Source of the DNA: a virus
Taxonomy: Duplodnaviria; Caudoviricetes
Length of the DNA stretch: 36,950 bases
IMG/VR virus record: IMGVR_UViG_3300022858_000223
Span: 1 to 36,950 of that record
Strand: one strand, 5' to 3'
Positions 14,918 to 25,699 of the stretch are shown here, piece by piece. Both the position numbers and the translations under genes were made by a program. Position 1 is the stretch's first letter. Each line of letters starts with the position of its first letter. Below the pieces are notes generated by a model. The model saw only the letters and a list, made by a program, of their open reading frames with translations, searched no databases and was not told where the DNA came from.

Positions 14918-15793
14918 ATGGCTATTGCAACAACTACTAATACCTATAATAAACACGATTACGTTTCCCGATTGAGGGCAAGAATCAATCTCCCTACTGT
15001 TTGGAGTGACGTATTGAAAGTTACTTATAGTGATGTTAGAACAATCGTTAATGGTTACTGGTCAACTGAACCAGCTACTTCTGCTAACACACGAGCATCT
15101 GCTTACACTTACTCTGATTACGAGACTGCTCAAGATACATTGACAATCAATCAATCAAGGGTTGTACCTGTATTTATCGATGAAGCAGATAGAGCCCAGC
15201 AAGATTACGTTAGTATGATGGACATTGCTACTTATCAAGGTAAAAAGATTTCTGAATATCTTGAAACAGTAACTTTGGCTGCAGCTATCGGTGGTACTAA
15301 CTTTGGTGTAACTGATCTAAGCAACACAGGTGCAGACGATACTACTAAGATTACAGTATCGGCATCAAACATTGATGACCTTATCCGTGCTATCAAACGT
15401 AAGATTTACGAGAACAACGGTGTTGATTTCGCTGTTGAACGTGGTATCTTCATTGTTTGGGGAGCTGAACACTTTGAACTACTTGAAGCCTTTACTCAAG
15501 CTAACGGATTCACAGAAGCTGACATTGCTTTAAAGAATGGCATTGCTGTTCAAAAAGCATTCCGATATATGGGAGTTGACCATTACTTATCAACTTCTCA
15601 CACTGCAAATCATCTATTTGCTGGAATCAAAAGGACAATGGAATTAGGTATTCTACGGAGTACATTCGGTAAAGTAAAACATATCGAAGATCCATCACAG
15701 ACTTCAGGACTTGGCATTGTCAGTCGTGTAGATTGGGGATTCAATCTACCTGCTTACAACTTAGAATTCATTATTGACGTGAACGTCAACTAA
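14918..15793 (+). CDS. Major capsid protein (HK97 fold, P22-coat-like)
   Basis: Position after scaffold; DTLTINQ...FIDEADRAQ pattern; 291 aa. Confidence 0.85.
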   Translation: MAIATTTNTYNKHDYVSRLRARINLPTVWSDVLKVTYSDVRTIVNGYWSTEPATSANTRASAYTYSDYETAQDTLTINQSRVVPVFIDEADRAQQDYVSMMDIATYQGKKISEYLETVTLAAAIGGTNFGVTDLSNTGADDTTKITVSASNIDDLIRAIKRKIYENNGVDFAVERGIFIVWGAEHFELLEAFTQANGFTEADIALKNGIAVQKAFRYMGVDHYLSTSHTANHLFAGIKRTMELGILRSTFGKVKHIEDPSQTSGLGIVSRVDWGFNLPAYNLEFIIDVNVN

Positions 15794-15810
15794 TAATTAA
15801 ATATTATTCC

Positions 15811-15850
15811 TCGGGCAAGCACTTCAGACCGCTATGCCCGAAGGTCTGAA
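15811..15850 (+). promoter_or_regulatory. H-type pseudoknot after the capsid gene
   Basis: TCGGGCA 15811..15817 pairs TGCCCGA 15835..15841; TTCAGACC 15823..15830 pairs GGTCTGAA 15843..15850; the stems are interleaved. Confidence 0.65.
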
Positions 15851-15856
15851 AATAAT

Positions 15857-16111
15857 ATGAAAGATTGTATAAAACTAAAGTGCCACAAGTGTTGTGATGA
15901 GCTTTTCTTACCTTATCCAGAACAGGATAAAGACATAATTAGGTGGATAGAACTTCACGGTATAGAAGTTGTTGATAACAGCTATGGTCGTTTCATAAAG
16001 ATACCTCAAAAATGTTCTAAGCTAAAACACGGAAAATGTTTAATATACGAGGATAGGCCTGAAATGTGCAAAAAATTTGATTGCGAAAACTTTAAAGAAT
16101 TTTTTAAATAA
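15857..16111 (+). CDS. YkgJ/CxxCxxCC-type Zn/Fe-chelating protein
   Basis: CIKLKCHKCC...CSKLKHGKCLIYEDRPEMCKKFDC. Confidence 0.85.
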   Translation: MKDCIKLKCHKCCDELFLPYPEQDKDIIRWIELHGIEVVDNSYGRFIKIPQKCSKLKHGKCLIYEDRPEMCKKFDCENFKEFFK

Positions 16112-16116
16112 AAATT

Positions 16117-17070
16117 ATGAAGCTATACGAGCCTATAAGTCAAGAAAGTATCTTTGACGAAATAAATGATATATGTGGTACTACTGACCAATCTTATACA
16201 AATAAGCAAAAGGTTGCACGTGTTAATGAAGCACTAGATAAATACTTTTTTCTAGCGGTACAGTCTGCACCACAAGGAACTTTTGATGATACTGGTAATA
16301 CATCAATACCAGTTGAAACACCTGACTTAGTAGACGGTACTAACGCCTACAAGTTAAGCTCTATCACAAACAACATTCTACAGATTTTACGAGTATCAGT
16401 TATAGATAGCAATGGCGAAGAAAATGATTTAATCTATGAAGACTTTGAAGATATAAAAGACTTCACAGAACGATACTCAACTGATAGTGAAGATAGAGGC
16501 GATCCAGAATACTGGACTAAAGTTGGAGACTACGTGTATATTTATCCTTGTCCTAACTATGCAGAAACAAGTGGTTTAAGACTTTATGTTAGCAGAGAAC
16601 TAAATAAATTCCCTTACGTAACTTTTACCACAACTTTTGCAACAGATTTATTCACTACAAGTGCAGCCCACGGCTTAGTAGCTGATGATGGGCTTGTTTT
16701 TGTAACTGACACTACTATCCCAGGTGGGCTAACAGCTGACACAACAGTTTACTATGTAATTGCATCAGGTTTAACACTTGATGACTTTAAAGTATCAACC
16801 ACGCTAGGTGGTTCGACAATTACATTAAGTTCAGACGGAACTGGTAACCAAAAATACGTTAAAGTATCCGGTGAACCAGGTATTCCAGTTATCCATCACG
16901 ATTACTTAGCTCAATATGCTTCGTACAAGTTTATGGATGCTGACCACCCTAAGTTCGCTAAGACTAGAGAGTTACTTGCAATCTATGAACAGGAAATTGA
17001 AGAATACTGGCAATCAATGATTAAGCCAGGGAAGACAATAATTGAAACTAACAAGAGAGTCTATAAATAA
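16117..17070 (+). CDS. Head-tail adaptor/tail tubular protein with inserted beta domain
   Basis: GDPEYW...IYPCP and IPVIHHDYLAQYA adaptor motifs; position after the capsid gene. Confidence 0.7.
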   Translation: MKLYEPISQESIFDEINDICGTTDQSYTNKQKVARVNEALDKYFFLAVQSAPQGTFDDTGNTSIPVETPDLVDGTNAYKLSSITNNILQILRVSVIDSNGEENDLIYEDFEDIKDFTERYSTDSEDRGDPEYWTKVGDYVYIYPCPNYAETSGLRLYVSRELNKFPYVTFTTTFATDLFTTSAAHGLVADDGLVFVTDTTIPGGLTADTTVYYVIASGLTLDDFKVSTTLGGSTITLSSDGTGNQKYVKVSGEPGIPVIHHDYLAQYASYKFMDADHPKFAKTRELLAIYEQEIEEYWQSMIKPGKTIIETNKRVYK

Positions 17071-17072
17071 AT

Positions 17073-18569
17073 ATGGCAGATAGAAAACCACTAATAATCA
17101 ATGCACCGTCAACAGGGATTTCCCAAAGTCCCCACGTTGGTTTTTCTGACGTTAGAAATTTAGATATATTTACTATCCCCGGAATTGTTAGATTGAATAA
17201 TAATCTTGATAAAGTATCAGGAACAACTGCTACAGGTTTAGTTAAATGGATTGTCCGTGATCCAGTTACGTCAGCTAATTTCTACGCAGTAGATGATGGT
17301 GGTGAAGTTTATGTATCAACAAATAGTGGCGTAAGTTTCGCTAAACTAGGTACTCAACCAGCAAGTGCTGCAGGTAAGGGTCAGGGTTTAGCTATCTGGA
17401 AAGATTACTTGTTTTGTCCTAGGGGTGCAGAGATGGATTTATACGGACCACTATCAAGTAGCCCAGCTTGGCGTGATGCTTGGGCTGGATTAACAATGGC
17501 ATCTGACACTTTATGGCATCCAATATCTGTTTCTAAAATAAATGATAAGTTATTCATAGGCTCTGCTAATTACATTGATAGTATTGCTGAAGTAGTTGGA
17601 CAAACTTTTGCTTGGGATGACGCAGGGACTTATACAGCAACCGCTGAAGCATTAGACTTACCAGCCGATTATCGTGTTAAGTGTTTAGAAGAACTTGGTA
17701 ATAATTTAATGATTGGTACTTGGAAAGGAACAACAATTACAGACTTTAGAATAGCTGATATATTTAGTTGGGATATGAGTTCAACAACTTATGGTCAACC
17801 AATCAACTTAGTTGAAAATGGTGTCAACGCAATGCTTACACTAGGCAACTATCTGTATGTCCTAGCTGGTGTTGATGGGAAGATGTATAAGTCAGATGGC
17901 GTTGGCGCAACTGTTATTTGTCAAATACCAACTTCAATAGCAAATATTGAAGGTAATAAATATCTTGAACCATACCCAGGTTCTTTTATAAATTTTAAAG
18001 GCAGACCGACTTTTGGAGTTAATAGTGGTGGTGCAACCTTTACGTCAGGTATGGGTATATATTCTTTACTAGAAACAAGTAAAGGAAACATTTTAAATAT
18101 GGAACACATTGTGTCTACTGGTAGTGACGGCACTTCTGCTATTCTAAAAGTTGGTGCTTTATCACAAGTATCTAGGGACACAATATTAGCTGGTTGGGTT
18201 GATGCAACTACTTTTGGAATAGACAAAACAACTACAACAACAAGACAGGCTAGTTACGGTGGTTACTGTGAAAGTCCATTGTATGTAGTAGGAAGTTATA
18301 TCGATAAACGTCAATTTACTAAGTGTGAGTTTCAGTTATCAAAAGAATTAGCAGTAGGGGAGTCAATACGGATTAAACTTAGAGTTAATCTAACTGATGA
18401 TTGGACTACACTTGGAACATACACTTATACAGATCTTGGTGCAGTAGTTTCACATCAAGTTAAAAATATTAACATACCAGAAACAGAGCTTATACAAGTT
18501 AGAGTTGAACTTGGTGCTGGGACAAGTAATCTAACAACACCACATTTAAAATCAGTAACCCTACAATAA
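17073..18569 (+). CDS. Tail nozzle/stabilisation protein (beta-propeller)
   Basis: Repeating beta-blade patterns; follows the adaptor as in podoviruses. Confidence 0.65.
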   Translation: MADRKPLIINAPSTGISQSPHVGFSDVRNLDIFTIPGIVRLNNNLDKVSGTTATGLVKWIVRDPVTSANFYAVDDGGEVYVSTNSGVSFAKLGTQPASAAGKGQGLAIWKDYLFCPRGAEMDLYGPLSSSPAWRDAWAGLTMASDTLWHPISVSKINDKLFIGSANYIDSIAEVVGQTFAWDDAGTYTATAEALDLPADYRVKCLEELGNNLMIGTWKGTTITDFRIADIFSWDMSSTTYGQPINLVENGVNAMLTLGNYLYVLAGVDGKMYKSDGVGATVICQIPTSIANIEGNKYLEPYPGSFINFKGRPTFGVNSGGATFTSGMGIYSLLETSKGNILNMEHIVSTGSDGTSAILKVGALSQVSRDTILAGWVDATTFGIDKTTTTTRQASYGGYCESPLYVVGSYIDKRQFTKCEFQLSKELAVGESIRIKLRVNLTDDWTTLGTYTYTDLGAVVSHQVKNINIPETELIQVRVELGAGTSNLTTPHLKSVTLQ

Positions 18570-20728
18570 TGACTGTTACAATAACACCTTCGGTAGGTGA
18601 TATAGAAAATAATATTGTTCCGTTAGATTTACTTGTGACTGATGAGGACAGAAGTACAGCAATGGCAATAGGTGGAACACCAGTTGCTAACACTCAAAAT
18701 ACAGGTGCAACACCACCGCCACCAGATTCTAATATAATAAAAAGTGGAAACGGAAGTGTAGTCAAAGGTTTTCTAAAGTCTCATAATTATAGCCCTGGCG
18801 ATTCAGGTTGGATTATAAAAGGTAATGGTGATGTAGAATTTTCAGATGGTGTGTTTAGGGGAGATATATCTGCTGCAACTGGTACGATTGGTGGTTGGAC
18901 AATAGGTGCAACTTTCATTGGAGATAACGCAGTAGCAAATGATGCAACAGTATTATTGGATAGCACAAACTCTTTAATCAGATTAGGTGCAACGTCAGGT
19001 GATTATATAACTTTAGACGGAGGTAATGTTCGTTTACGAAGTTCTAATTATGTTACTGGTGTTTCAGGTTTTACAATACAGGCTGACTTAGTTGAAGCTG
19101 AGAATATTGTTGCTAGAGGAATTTTAAGAGGTTCAACTTTTGCTTACGATGTTATCTCTGCTATTGGTGGACAATTAATGGTTGCTAACGCAGATGCACT
19201 TGACGCTGATATGACGGCGTTAGATGCTTCAACATTGACAACTAAAGACACAACAGACTTTGCAGTAAACGATATTTTAGTAATTAGAGGAATCGCTACT
19301 TCTGGTATTGATGAGGAATGGCTACGAGTTACTAATATTGGTTCTGCACCTACTTATACAGTTACCAGAGATTTGGCTAGCTCTTATGCGGCCAATTCTA
19401 ACCCTATATGGAAAGCAGGAACTCCTGTTGTAAAACAAGGTTCTAGTGATGGTGCTTCAACTTTTTCAGGTGGTTGGCTACGTTTATATGGAGAGGGAAC
19501 TAATAGCCCTTATTACTCTGTGTTTAGAAGAACTGGTGTAGCTTATAACACTATAACTGAAGCAGTACGTCTTGGTAACTTAAATGGTATTGCAGGGTTT
19601 TCATCTGATACTTACGGATTTTATACTGGTGATATATCAACAAATAACTACTTAGTTTATGATACTACTTCTGGAGAAATGATAATTAACGGTTCTTCTG
19701 TTGACCAACAATCTATTTATGGAGATGGTAGTGATGGTGACGTAACAACAAGTGGCGATGTTGGATTAACAGCTGATGTGTATTACAACAATTTGACTAT
19801 TTCTGCTGGGGATACATTAACAACAAATGGATATAGAGTTTTTGTAAGAGAAACATTAACTATTGCTGCTACTGGAGTTATTGGCTGGAAGGGCGTTGAC
19901 GGTGGTGCTGGCGGAGATGGAGATGATGCAACTGCTGGTGGTCCAGGTAATGGTGGCACAGCTGGTGCAGCTGGTGCTGCTTTAACAGATGGTTATTTAA
20001 CTGGTTCGGTTGCTGGAATAATTGGTGTAGTAGGTGCAGCCGGTGTGACTGGTAGCCCAGGTAAGAATGGTATTGCTGGAACATCTGGTAACACAGGTAA
20101 TAATGGACAGACAAATTCATTGGGTAATGATGGCAATGATGGTGGTGCAGGTGGTAATGGAGGAAACATTTCTATATGGACTGGTGGTGCAGGCGGTGCT
20201 AAAGGTGCAGGTGGAACTGAAGGTGCTAGTGCAACTATAGTACCTCATAATGCTTATCTTGCTATTAGAATGATTGATGAAAGCACTATTGGAAGTCCTG
20301 CTGCTTATACAATAAATGCTAGTGGTGGTTCAGCTGGGTCAGGAGGTTCTGGTTCTTCTGATAATGGTGGAAAGGGAAGTGGTGCTGGTGGTGGTTCTGG
20401 TGGTTCTGGTTCAGGTGCTGGAATTGGATTTATAGCTGCTAAATTAATTATTAATGTTGGTACAATAAATTATTCTGGTGGTGTGGGTGGAGATGGCGGA
20501 GATGGCGGAAAGCATTTTCCAGCTGGTTCTTTTGCTGCTGACGGTGGCGGTGGAGGAGGTGGTGCAGGAGGAAATGGTGGATATTTGGTTTTAATTTATA
20601 ATAAATTAACTAATACTGGTACTATATTTGTAGCAGGTGGTACTGGTGGTACTGGTGGTACTGGTGTTTTTAATGGTGATGACGGTGAAGCTGGTAATGA
20701 TGGTACTTTAGTAGAATTAGCAAACTAA
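18569..20728 (+). CDS. Tail fibre/spike with Gly-rich C-terminal domain
   Basis: NYSPGDSGWII and GTIGGWTI fibre motifs; GDGSDG followed by long GGxGG repeats. Confidence 0.75.
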   Translation: MTVTITPSVGDIENNIVPLDLLVTDEDRSTAMAIGGTPVANTQNTGATPPPPDSNIIKSGNGSVVKGFLKSHNYSPGDSGWIIKGNGDVEFSDGVFRGDISAATGTIGGWTIGATFIGDNAVANDATVLLDSTNSLIRLGATSGDYITLDGGNVRLRSSNYVTGVSGFTIQADLVEAENIVARGILRGSTFAYDVISAIGGQLMVANADALDADMTALDASTLTTKDTTDFAVNDILVIRGIATSGIDEEWLRVTNIGSAPTYTVTRDLASSYAANSNPIWKAGTPVVKQGSSDGASTFSGGWLRLYGEGTNSPYYSVFRRTGVAYNTITEAVRLGNLNGIAGFSSDTYGFYTGDISTNNYLVYDTTSGEMIINGSSVDQQSIYGDGSDGDVTTSGDVGLTADVYYNNLTISAGDTLTTNGYRVFVRETLTIAATGVIGWKGVDGGAGGDGDDATAGGPGNGGTAGAAGAALTDGYLTGSVAGIIGVVGAAGVTGSPGKNGIAGTSGNTGNNGQTNSLGNDGNDGGAGGNGGNISIWTGGAGGAKGAGGTEGASATIVPHNAYLAIRMIDESTIGSPAAYTINASGGSAGSGGSGSSDNGGKGSGAGGGSGGSGSGAGIGFIAAKLIINVGTINYSGGVGGDGGDGGKHFPAGSFAADGGGGGGGAGGNGGYLVLIYNKLTNTGTIFVAGGTGGTGGTGVFNGDDGEAGNDGTLVELAN

Positions 20729-20729
20729 T

Positions 20730-21020
20730 ATGAAGAAGGTTATTATAATTAGAAAAAAAGATAACAAGATAACAATGTATGGTAATGTTGATTTTGATAA
20801 AAAGATATTTAAAAAGAAAGAAATTACTATCACCAAAGATGAGTTTGAAAAGATAAATAATACTAACGAGTCTTTTTATAAGAATGGAAAGTTAAGTTTT
20901 AAAAGGTTTGGTACTGTTGTTCGAAAAGAAGAATTAGAAAAAATTAAAAATGAAATTAAATCTATAACAGATATTAATATATTAAAAGATAAGATAATCC
21001 AATTAATAAATATTATTTAA
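20730..21020 (+). CDS. Hypothetical protein, possible fibre chaperone
   Basis: Small basic ORF directly after the fibre gene. Confidence 0.5.
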   Translation: MKKVIIIRKKDNKITMYGNVDFDKKIFKKKEITITKDEFEKINNTNESFYKNGKLSFKRFGTVVRKEELEKIKNEIKSITDINILKDKIIQLINII

Positions 21021-21024
21021 TAAT

Positions 21025-23247
21025 ATGGCTATAACACAACATCCATCTGCACCTTCTGGTTGGGGAGTAGATTCATCAGGTCACTTTGCTCCAGTTTCTT
21101 CAGCTCCTAGTAGTGGCGGTGGTGGTGGAGGAGGTGGCGGCGGTACTACTTATTACCCAACTGCTGCCGCTGCTCAAGCAGCAGGTATTAATGTATCAGC
21201 AGCCCAACAGGCTAGTTTAGCGTCAGGTGCAGCAACACAAGCATCTGTTAATGCTAATAATGCTGCAGCTTGGTCTCCCACTTCTGTTACTGGTAAGGCT
21301 GCTTTAGCGTCTTTGGCTGCACAAGGTATTTCCCAAGCTGATGCCATAGCTAATACACCATATACTCAAGATCAAATGAACCAATTTTATGGTGTTGGCA
21401 CACCTGCTGCATCAAAATTTATAGAACCAGGTGGTGCTAATCAACAACCAGACCCAAATAATCCTTGGGCTGGTATTCCATCTTCAGTTAGTGGTCAACT
21501 AAGAACAGAAGCAGAAGCACAGGCATATTGGACTGGTGGGCAAACTAATGCACAACCAGTTGCGAATCAAAAAGCTACCCTAACTTCTCCTAATGGTGAA
21601 AAGAAAGTAGTTACGGTTGGTTCACAAGAAGCTAGTCAACTCTTATCTACTGGTTGGACACTAGGAGATAAAGTTGGTGGTGGAACTGTAGACTCTAACT
21701 TACTAGGTAATGTACCAGATATTAATATAGGAGACGGAACACAGAGAACAGGTAGTAGTGAAGCAGATACATCTATTGCAGGTTCTAAAACGTATGTTGA
21801 ACAAACTAGAAAAGAACAAGCACAAGCTGAAGTTGAGGCACAGCGAAGGGAGAAAGATGAGCAAGATTTAATAGCTGACAAGTTGCTTGCAGATATTACA
21901 GATTTAACTGCAAATGCTAAAAGTCAGGAAACTATTAAATTAGAAGAAAGAGCTAAAGCTGATATACAGGCAAAAGAAAATGCAGTTAGGCGAAAGGCTG
22001 ATGAGATTGATATTATGTTAGCTAAAGACGCGGCTTTAACTGCTTCATATAATACTGCTAATCAAACTGAAGAAGGTAGACCACAAACTCTATCACAATT
22101 ACGAGGATCACAAGCACAGAATTATAAAATGTACTTAGCCCAGCATAATCAAATTGCAGCTGATACTGCTTTATTAGTTGCTCAAGGTAAGTCGTTACAA
22201 GGTGATTTGAATGGTGCTATCGCTTCTGCAAATGAAGCTATTAGTCTTCGTTATAACTCGCAACAAGATGCGATAAACAACAAGATTAATATGCTTAATA
22301 TTTTAATGCCACAAATAGATAAAAAGGATAAAGAGTACGCTACAGCTATGAAGAATATATATGATAGAGAAAATGATGCACTAGATGAACGAAAGAGTTG
22401 GATGGCAACTGCAGTTAATGCTGGTATCTTTGATGCCGGTGTACTAAAACAAATAGAAATTGCTGGAGGTTTTGCAGAAGCGATGGGAATTATAGGTCAG
22501 AATAGAGTAGCAACTGGTGGAGTCGGTGGTGGTGGATATGAAAGTGGATATAATATTCCAGAATTTCAACCAATTAGTTTTGAAGAATTTATACAAAGAA
22601 AACAAGATGAAGCTGGTATGACATTTGCTGACCCTGAATTATATAGGTCTGAATATGATACTTTAATTAAACAAAGTATAGAATCACAAGAAACACAAGG
22701 AACTGATATAATTGGTGCTTATGCACTTGCAATGAATCAAGGGCAAGCTAGTTTATCTAGTATTCCAAATGATATAAGAAATGAAGTTGTTTTAAGAAAT
22801 GCACAAATTGGTGGAATTAATACTAAATTATCTGAAACAGCTATAAAACAAATTGCTGAAACTCAAAATGCTTTAGATGGGTTACTTGATTTACAAGATA
22901 AAATTGCTGGTAATTTAGAATATATTGGTCCAATTAAAGGATTGCAAAAATTAAATCCTTTTTCTAAAGCTAGACAAATCCAAGCTGATGTTGACAGAAT
23001 TAGACAAAAAGTTGGTAAAGCATTAGAGGGTGGTGTTCTTAGAAAAGAAGATGAAGAAAAATATAAGAAGATTCTAGCTACTCTCACTGATACACCTGAG
23101 ACTGCAAGATACAAGATTGAACAATTAATTACTGATATACAAACTGATTATGAAAGATATGTAGAAGCGCAAGCAAGTGCTGGTAGATATATTGGTGGAT
23201 TTGACCAACAATCAATAACTAATAATGACCCGTTAGGTATCTTATAA
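21025..23247 (+). CDS. Putative DNA ejection (internal virion) protein
   Basis: Low-complexity N-terminus, A/Q-rich coiled coils, terminal DPLGIL; position in tail module. Confidence 0.6.
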   Translation: MAITQHPSAPSGWGVDSSGHFAPVSSAPSSGGGGGGGGGGTTYYPTAAAAQAAGINVSAAQQASLASGAATQASVNANNAAAWSPTSVTGKAALASLAAQGISQADAIANTPYTQDQMNQFYGVGTPAASKFIEPGGANQQPDPNNPWAGIPSSVSGQLRTEAEAQAYWTGGQTNAQPVANQKATLTSPNGEKKVVTVGSQEASQLLSTGWTLGDKVGGGTVDSNLLGNVPDINIGDGTQRTGSSEADTSIAGSKTYVEQTRKEQAQAEVEAQRREKDEQDLIADKLLADITDLTANAKSQETIKLEERAKADIQAKENAVRRKADEIDIMLAKDAALTASYNTANQTEEGRPQTLSQLRGSQAQNYKMYLAQHNQIAADTALLVAQGKSLQGDLNGAIASANEAISLRYNSQQDAINNKINMLNILMPQIDKKDKEYATAMKNIYDRENDALDERKSWMATAVNAGIFDAGVLKQIEIAGGFAEAMGIIGQNRVATGGVGGGGYESGYNIPEFQPISFEEFIQRKQDEAGMTFADPELYRSEYDTLIKQSIESQETQGTDIIGAYALAMNQGQASLSSIPNDIRNEVVLRNAQIGGINTKLSETAIKQIAETQNALDGLLDLQDKIAGNLEYIGPIKGLQKLNPFSKARQIQADVDRIRQKVGKALEGGVLRKEDEEKYKKILATLTDTPETARYKIEQLITDIQTDYERYVEAQASAGRYIGGFDQQSITNNDPLGIL

Positions 23248-23251
23248 AAAT

Positions 23252-24847
23252 ATGACAAAACAAGAATTTGCTCAAAAAATAAAACAAAAGTATTCAATCT
23301 ATAATACTTTACCTGATGATGTATTAGTAGAAAAAATGCTGACTAAATATCCATCTTATCGTTCTCAAATTGATGATTCAGAAGAAGTTAATCAGTCAAC
23401 TGAAAAACAACCTAATTATTTCAAAAGGGTTGGTAGTGAATATATGCAAGGTGCTAAAAATATTATTTCTGGTATTCAAGAATCAGCTCAAGAAGTTGAG
23501 GCTGGTAGACAAAATCAAAATTATGTTGCTGGAAATATACAATCTACTGTTGGAGCATTAAGGGGTGGACTAAGAACAGCAGGTGAAGTTGCTAAGCAAG
23601 CATTTACTCCTATTGTTGAAGCACCTGGAATTAAACAGGGGTTAGAATATGCAGGAGAAAAAATATCAGAATTACCTGGAGTTCAATGGATAGGTACTAA
23701 GATTAGTGAGTTTGCAGAAGCTAATCCTAAGCTTGCTAAAGACTTACAGAATGTTTTAGATATTGCAATCTTAGGAACTGGAAAAACAGTAGAGAAACCT
23801 ATACAAGAAGCTGTAGGTAAAACTTCAGGTAAAATAGTAACAAATTTAGAACAAAAAGTAGTTAAACAAAGTTATCAAGAAGCATTAGATGTAATAAAAC
23901 CTACTTTGAATAAAGTTGAAAAAGAAGCGGCATTATCAAGTGGTAGAGGGGTCGTTAAAAATAAAATTTTACCGAGAGTCTACGAAACAATTACTCTTGC
24001 TCCATCTAAAGTTGAACAAAGAATAGCTCAAGTTGTTGAAGGTATAGTTTCTAAATCAAAAAATGCTATTGATAATATTAATGCAATTAAAAATAAAATA
24101 ACTGAATTAGCCAAAAAAACGGAGGAAGGATTAAAAAACAATAATACTATATTTAACAATAATCAAATTAAATCTGCTTTAAATTCTGTTAAAGAAGAAA
24201 GCAAAATAGTATTTGGTTCTGATAAAACATTACAAAATTCTTATAACTCTGTTATTGATGAAATGATGAAACAACTAGGGAAAACTAAAAATGATTTAGG
24301 TGGTTTATTACAAGCAAGAAAAAACTTTGATAAAATCATTGAACAAAAGTTTCCTAAATTATTTGATAAGTTTGCTGGAGATTCAGTAAGGTCTAATGCA
24401 GTATTAGATGTAAGACGTGCTGTCAATGATTTTATTGCTACTAAATTACCAGAAAAAAATATTTATAAAAAACTATTGAAAGAGCAGACATTAATGTATA
24501 AGGGTATTAAAAATATATCTAATAAAACTGCTTCTTTAGTAGATACCTCTGCAATTAAAAAAGCAATGGCAGCATTAAGACAAAATCCTTTAGTAGCTGG
24601 AGTAACTGGCGGTATTTTAACTTTTGGAGCACTTACTGGACTATTAAGTAACCCAGTAGTTATTGGAAGTATAATCGTAGGTGGAACAGTAAAAGTAGGA
24701 AAAACAGTAGTAACATCAAAATTATTAAAACAAGAATTGATAAGAGTGTTGAAAGGATTAGAAAAAGCTGGACAAAAAGAAGGAGTTAACGCTATCCAAG
24801 CGATAATAGATATTTTACCAGCAGGTATTAGTAAAATAAAAGAATAA
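23252..24847 (+). CDS. Putative DNA ejection protein with C-terminal hydrophobic segments
   Basis: N-terminal FAQKIKQKYSIY..LPD..L...YPSY motif; helical; Gly-rich hydrophobic C-terminus. Confidence 0.6.
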   Translation: MTKQEFAQKIKQKYSIYNTLPDDVLVEKMLTKYPSYRSQIDDSEEVNQSTEKQPNYFKRVGSEYMQGAKNIISGIQESAQEVEAGRQNQNYVAGNIQSTVGALRGGLRTAGEVAKQAFTPIVEAPGIKQGLEYAGEKISELPGVQWIGTKISEFAEANPKLAKDLQNVLDIAILGTGKTVEKPIQEAVGKTSGKIVTNLEQKVVKQSYQEALDVIKPTLNKVEKEAALSSGRGVVKNKILPRVYETITLAPSKVEQRIAQVVEGIVSKSKNAIDNINAIKNKITELAKKTEEGLKNNNTIFNNNQIKSALNSVKEESKIVFGSDKTLQNSYNSVIDEMMKQLGKTKNDLGGLLQARKNFDKIIEQKFPKLFDKFAGDSVRSNAVLDVRRAVNDFIATKLPEKNIYKKLLKEQTLMYKGIKNISNKTASLVDTSAIKKAMAALRQNPLVAGVTGGILTFGALTGLLSNPVVIGSIIVGGTVKVGKTVVTSKLLKQELIRVLKGLEKAGQKEGVNAIQAIIDILPAGISKIKE

Positions 24848-24897
24848 TATGTATTTAATGTTTTCAATCTTAGGTGGTTTATTATTTATGCTTGTAG

Positions 24898-25698
24898 TTG
24901 ATAAATATGGTGAACTTGACTAAAAAAGAAAAACTAAAGAAACTTCTTGAGATAGTAAAATCAAATAAGTTGACCCCTGATAAACTTAAAGAGGTTTTAG
25001 CTTTACTTAATGACGGACTTTCAAAAGATGAGTTCATAAAGTCATTTAAGAAGATTACTGAACATACTTTAAGAACTGAGATTAAGTTGGTAGAAAAGGT
25101 TAATAAGGCTATAGCCGAGCTAAAAGGTGCTAATAGTACCTCCCTAGAAGCCACACAAGCCACTCTAAGGGCAGTAGCCGATAGGTTTGAAGTATCACTT
25201 AATAAAGCACTAAAAGACCAGGAGAACAGCTTAAATTTTATAAGAGATAAGGTAAGGAAGATTAAAGATGGTGAAGACGGGAAAAGTATAGAGGGTAAGC
25301 CAGGTAAAGATGCAGACGAAGAAAAAATAATTCAAAAAGTATTAGATAAGATACCAGACCACTCAATAAATGTTGAAAGTAATTCAGAAGATATTTTAAA
25401 ACTCAGAGAAGACCTTGCCAGAAACAAACGACTAAAAGGTGGTGGTACGTCAGCCGCAGGTGTTGCACAGACTTTCAAATATATTGCTCATACTGAAAAA
25501 CCTGTTGGACTTATTAATGGAACTAATAAAGTGTTTACAGTTGCTAAGAACATTTGGTGGGTGGCAGGGTTCACTATAAGCAACCAGCAGATAGCAGAAC
25601 TACCTAACTTTACTTATGTTGGTAAAACAATAACTTTTGCTAGTGCAATTCCAGCTGCGTATTCTACTAGAGATTTTGAAATTAAGTATATTGGCTAA
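24898..25698 (+). CDS. Hypothetical structural protein (likely start ATG 24907)
   Basis: Coiled coil, short GxDG collagen-like stretch and C-terminal GLINGTNKVFT beta domain. Confidence 0.6.
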   Translation: MINMVNLTKKEKLKKLLEIVKSNKLTPDKLKEVLALLNDGLSKDEFIKSFKKITEHTLRTEIKLVEKVNKAIAELKGANSTSLEATQATLRAVADRFEVSLNKALKDQENSLNFIRDKVRKIKDGEDGKSIEGKPGKDADEEKIIQKVLDKIPDHSINVESNSEDILKLREDLARNKRLKGGGTSAAGVAQTFKYIAHTEKPVGLINGTNKVFTVAKNIWWVAGFTISNQQIAELPNFTYVGKTITFASAIPAAYSTRDFEIKYIG

Positions 25699-25699
25699 A

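Noticed and set aside
15811-15850. HDV-like ribozyme
   Set aside because: Lacks P3/L3, P1.1 and a positioned catalytic C; only a simple pseudoknot is supported.
19890-20700. PE-PGRS gene implying a mycobacterial host
   Set aside because: No PE domain and the DNA is AT-rich; Gly-rich tracts are common in phage fibres.
25637-25699. ORF-track N-terminal extension of the giant protein
   Set aside because: Overlaps the upstream gene; ATG 25700 follows the upstream stop and begins a clean signal peptide.
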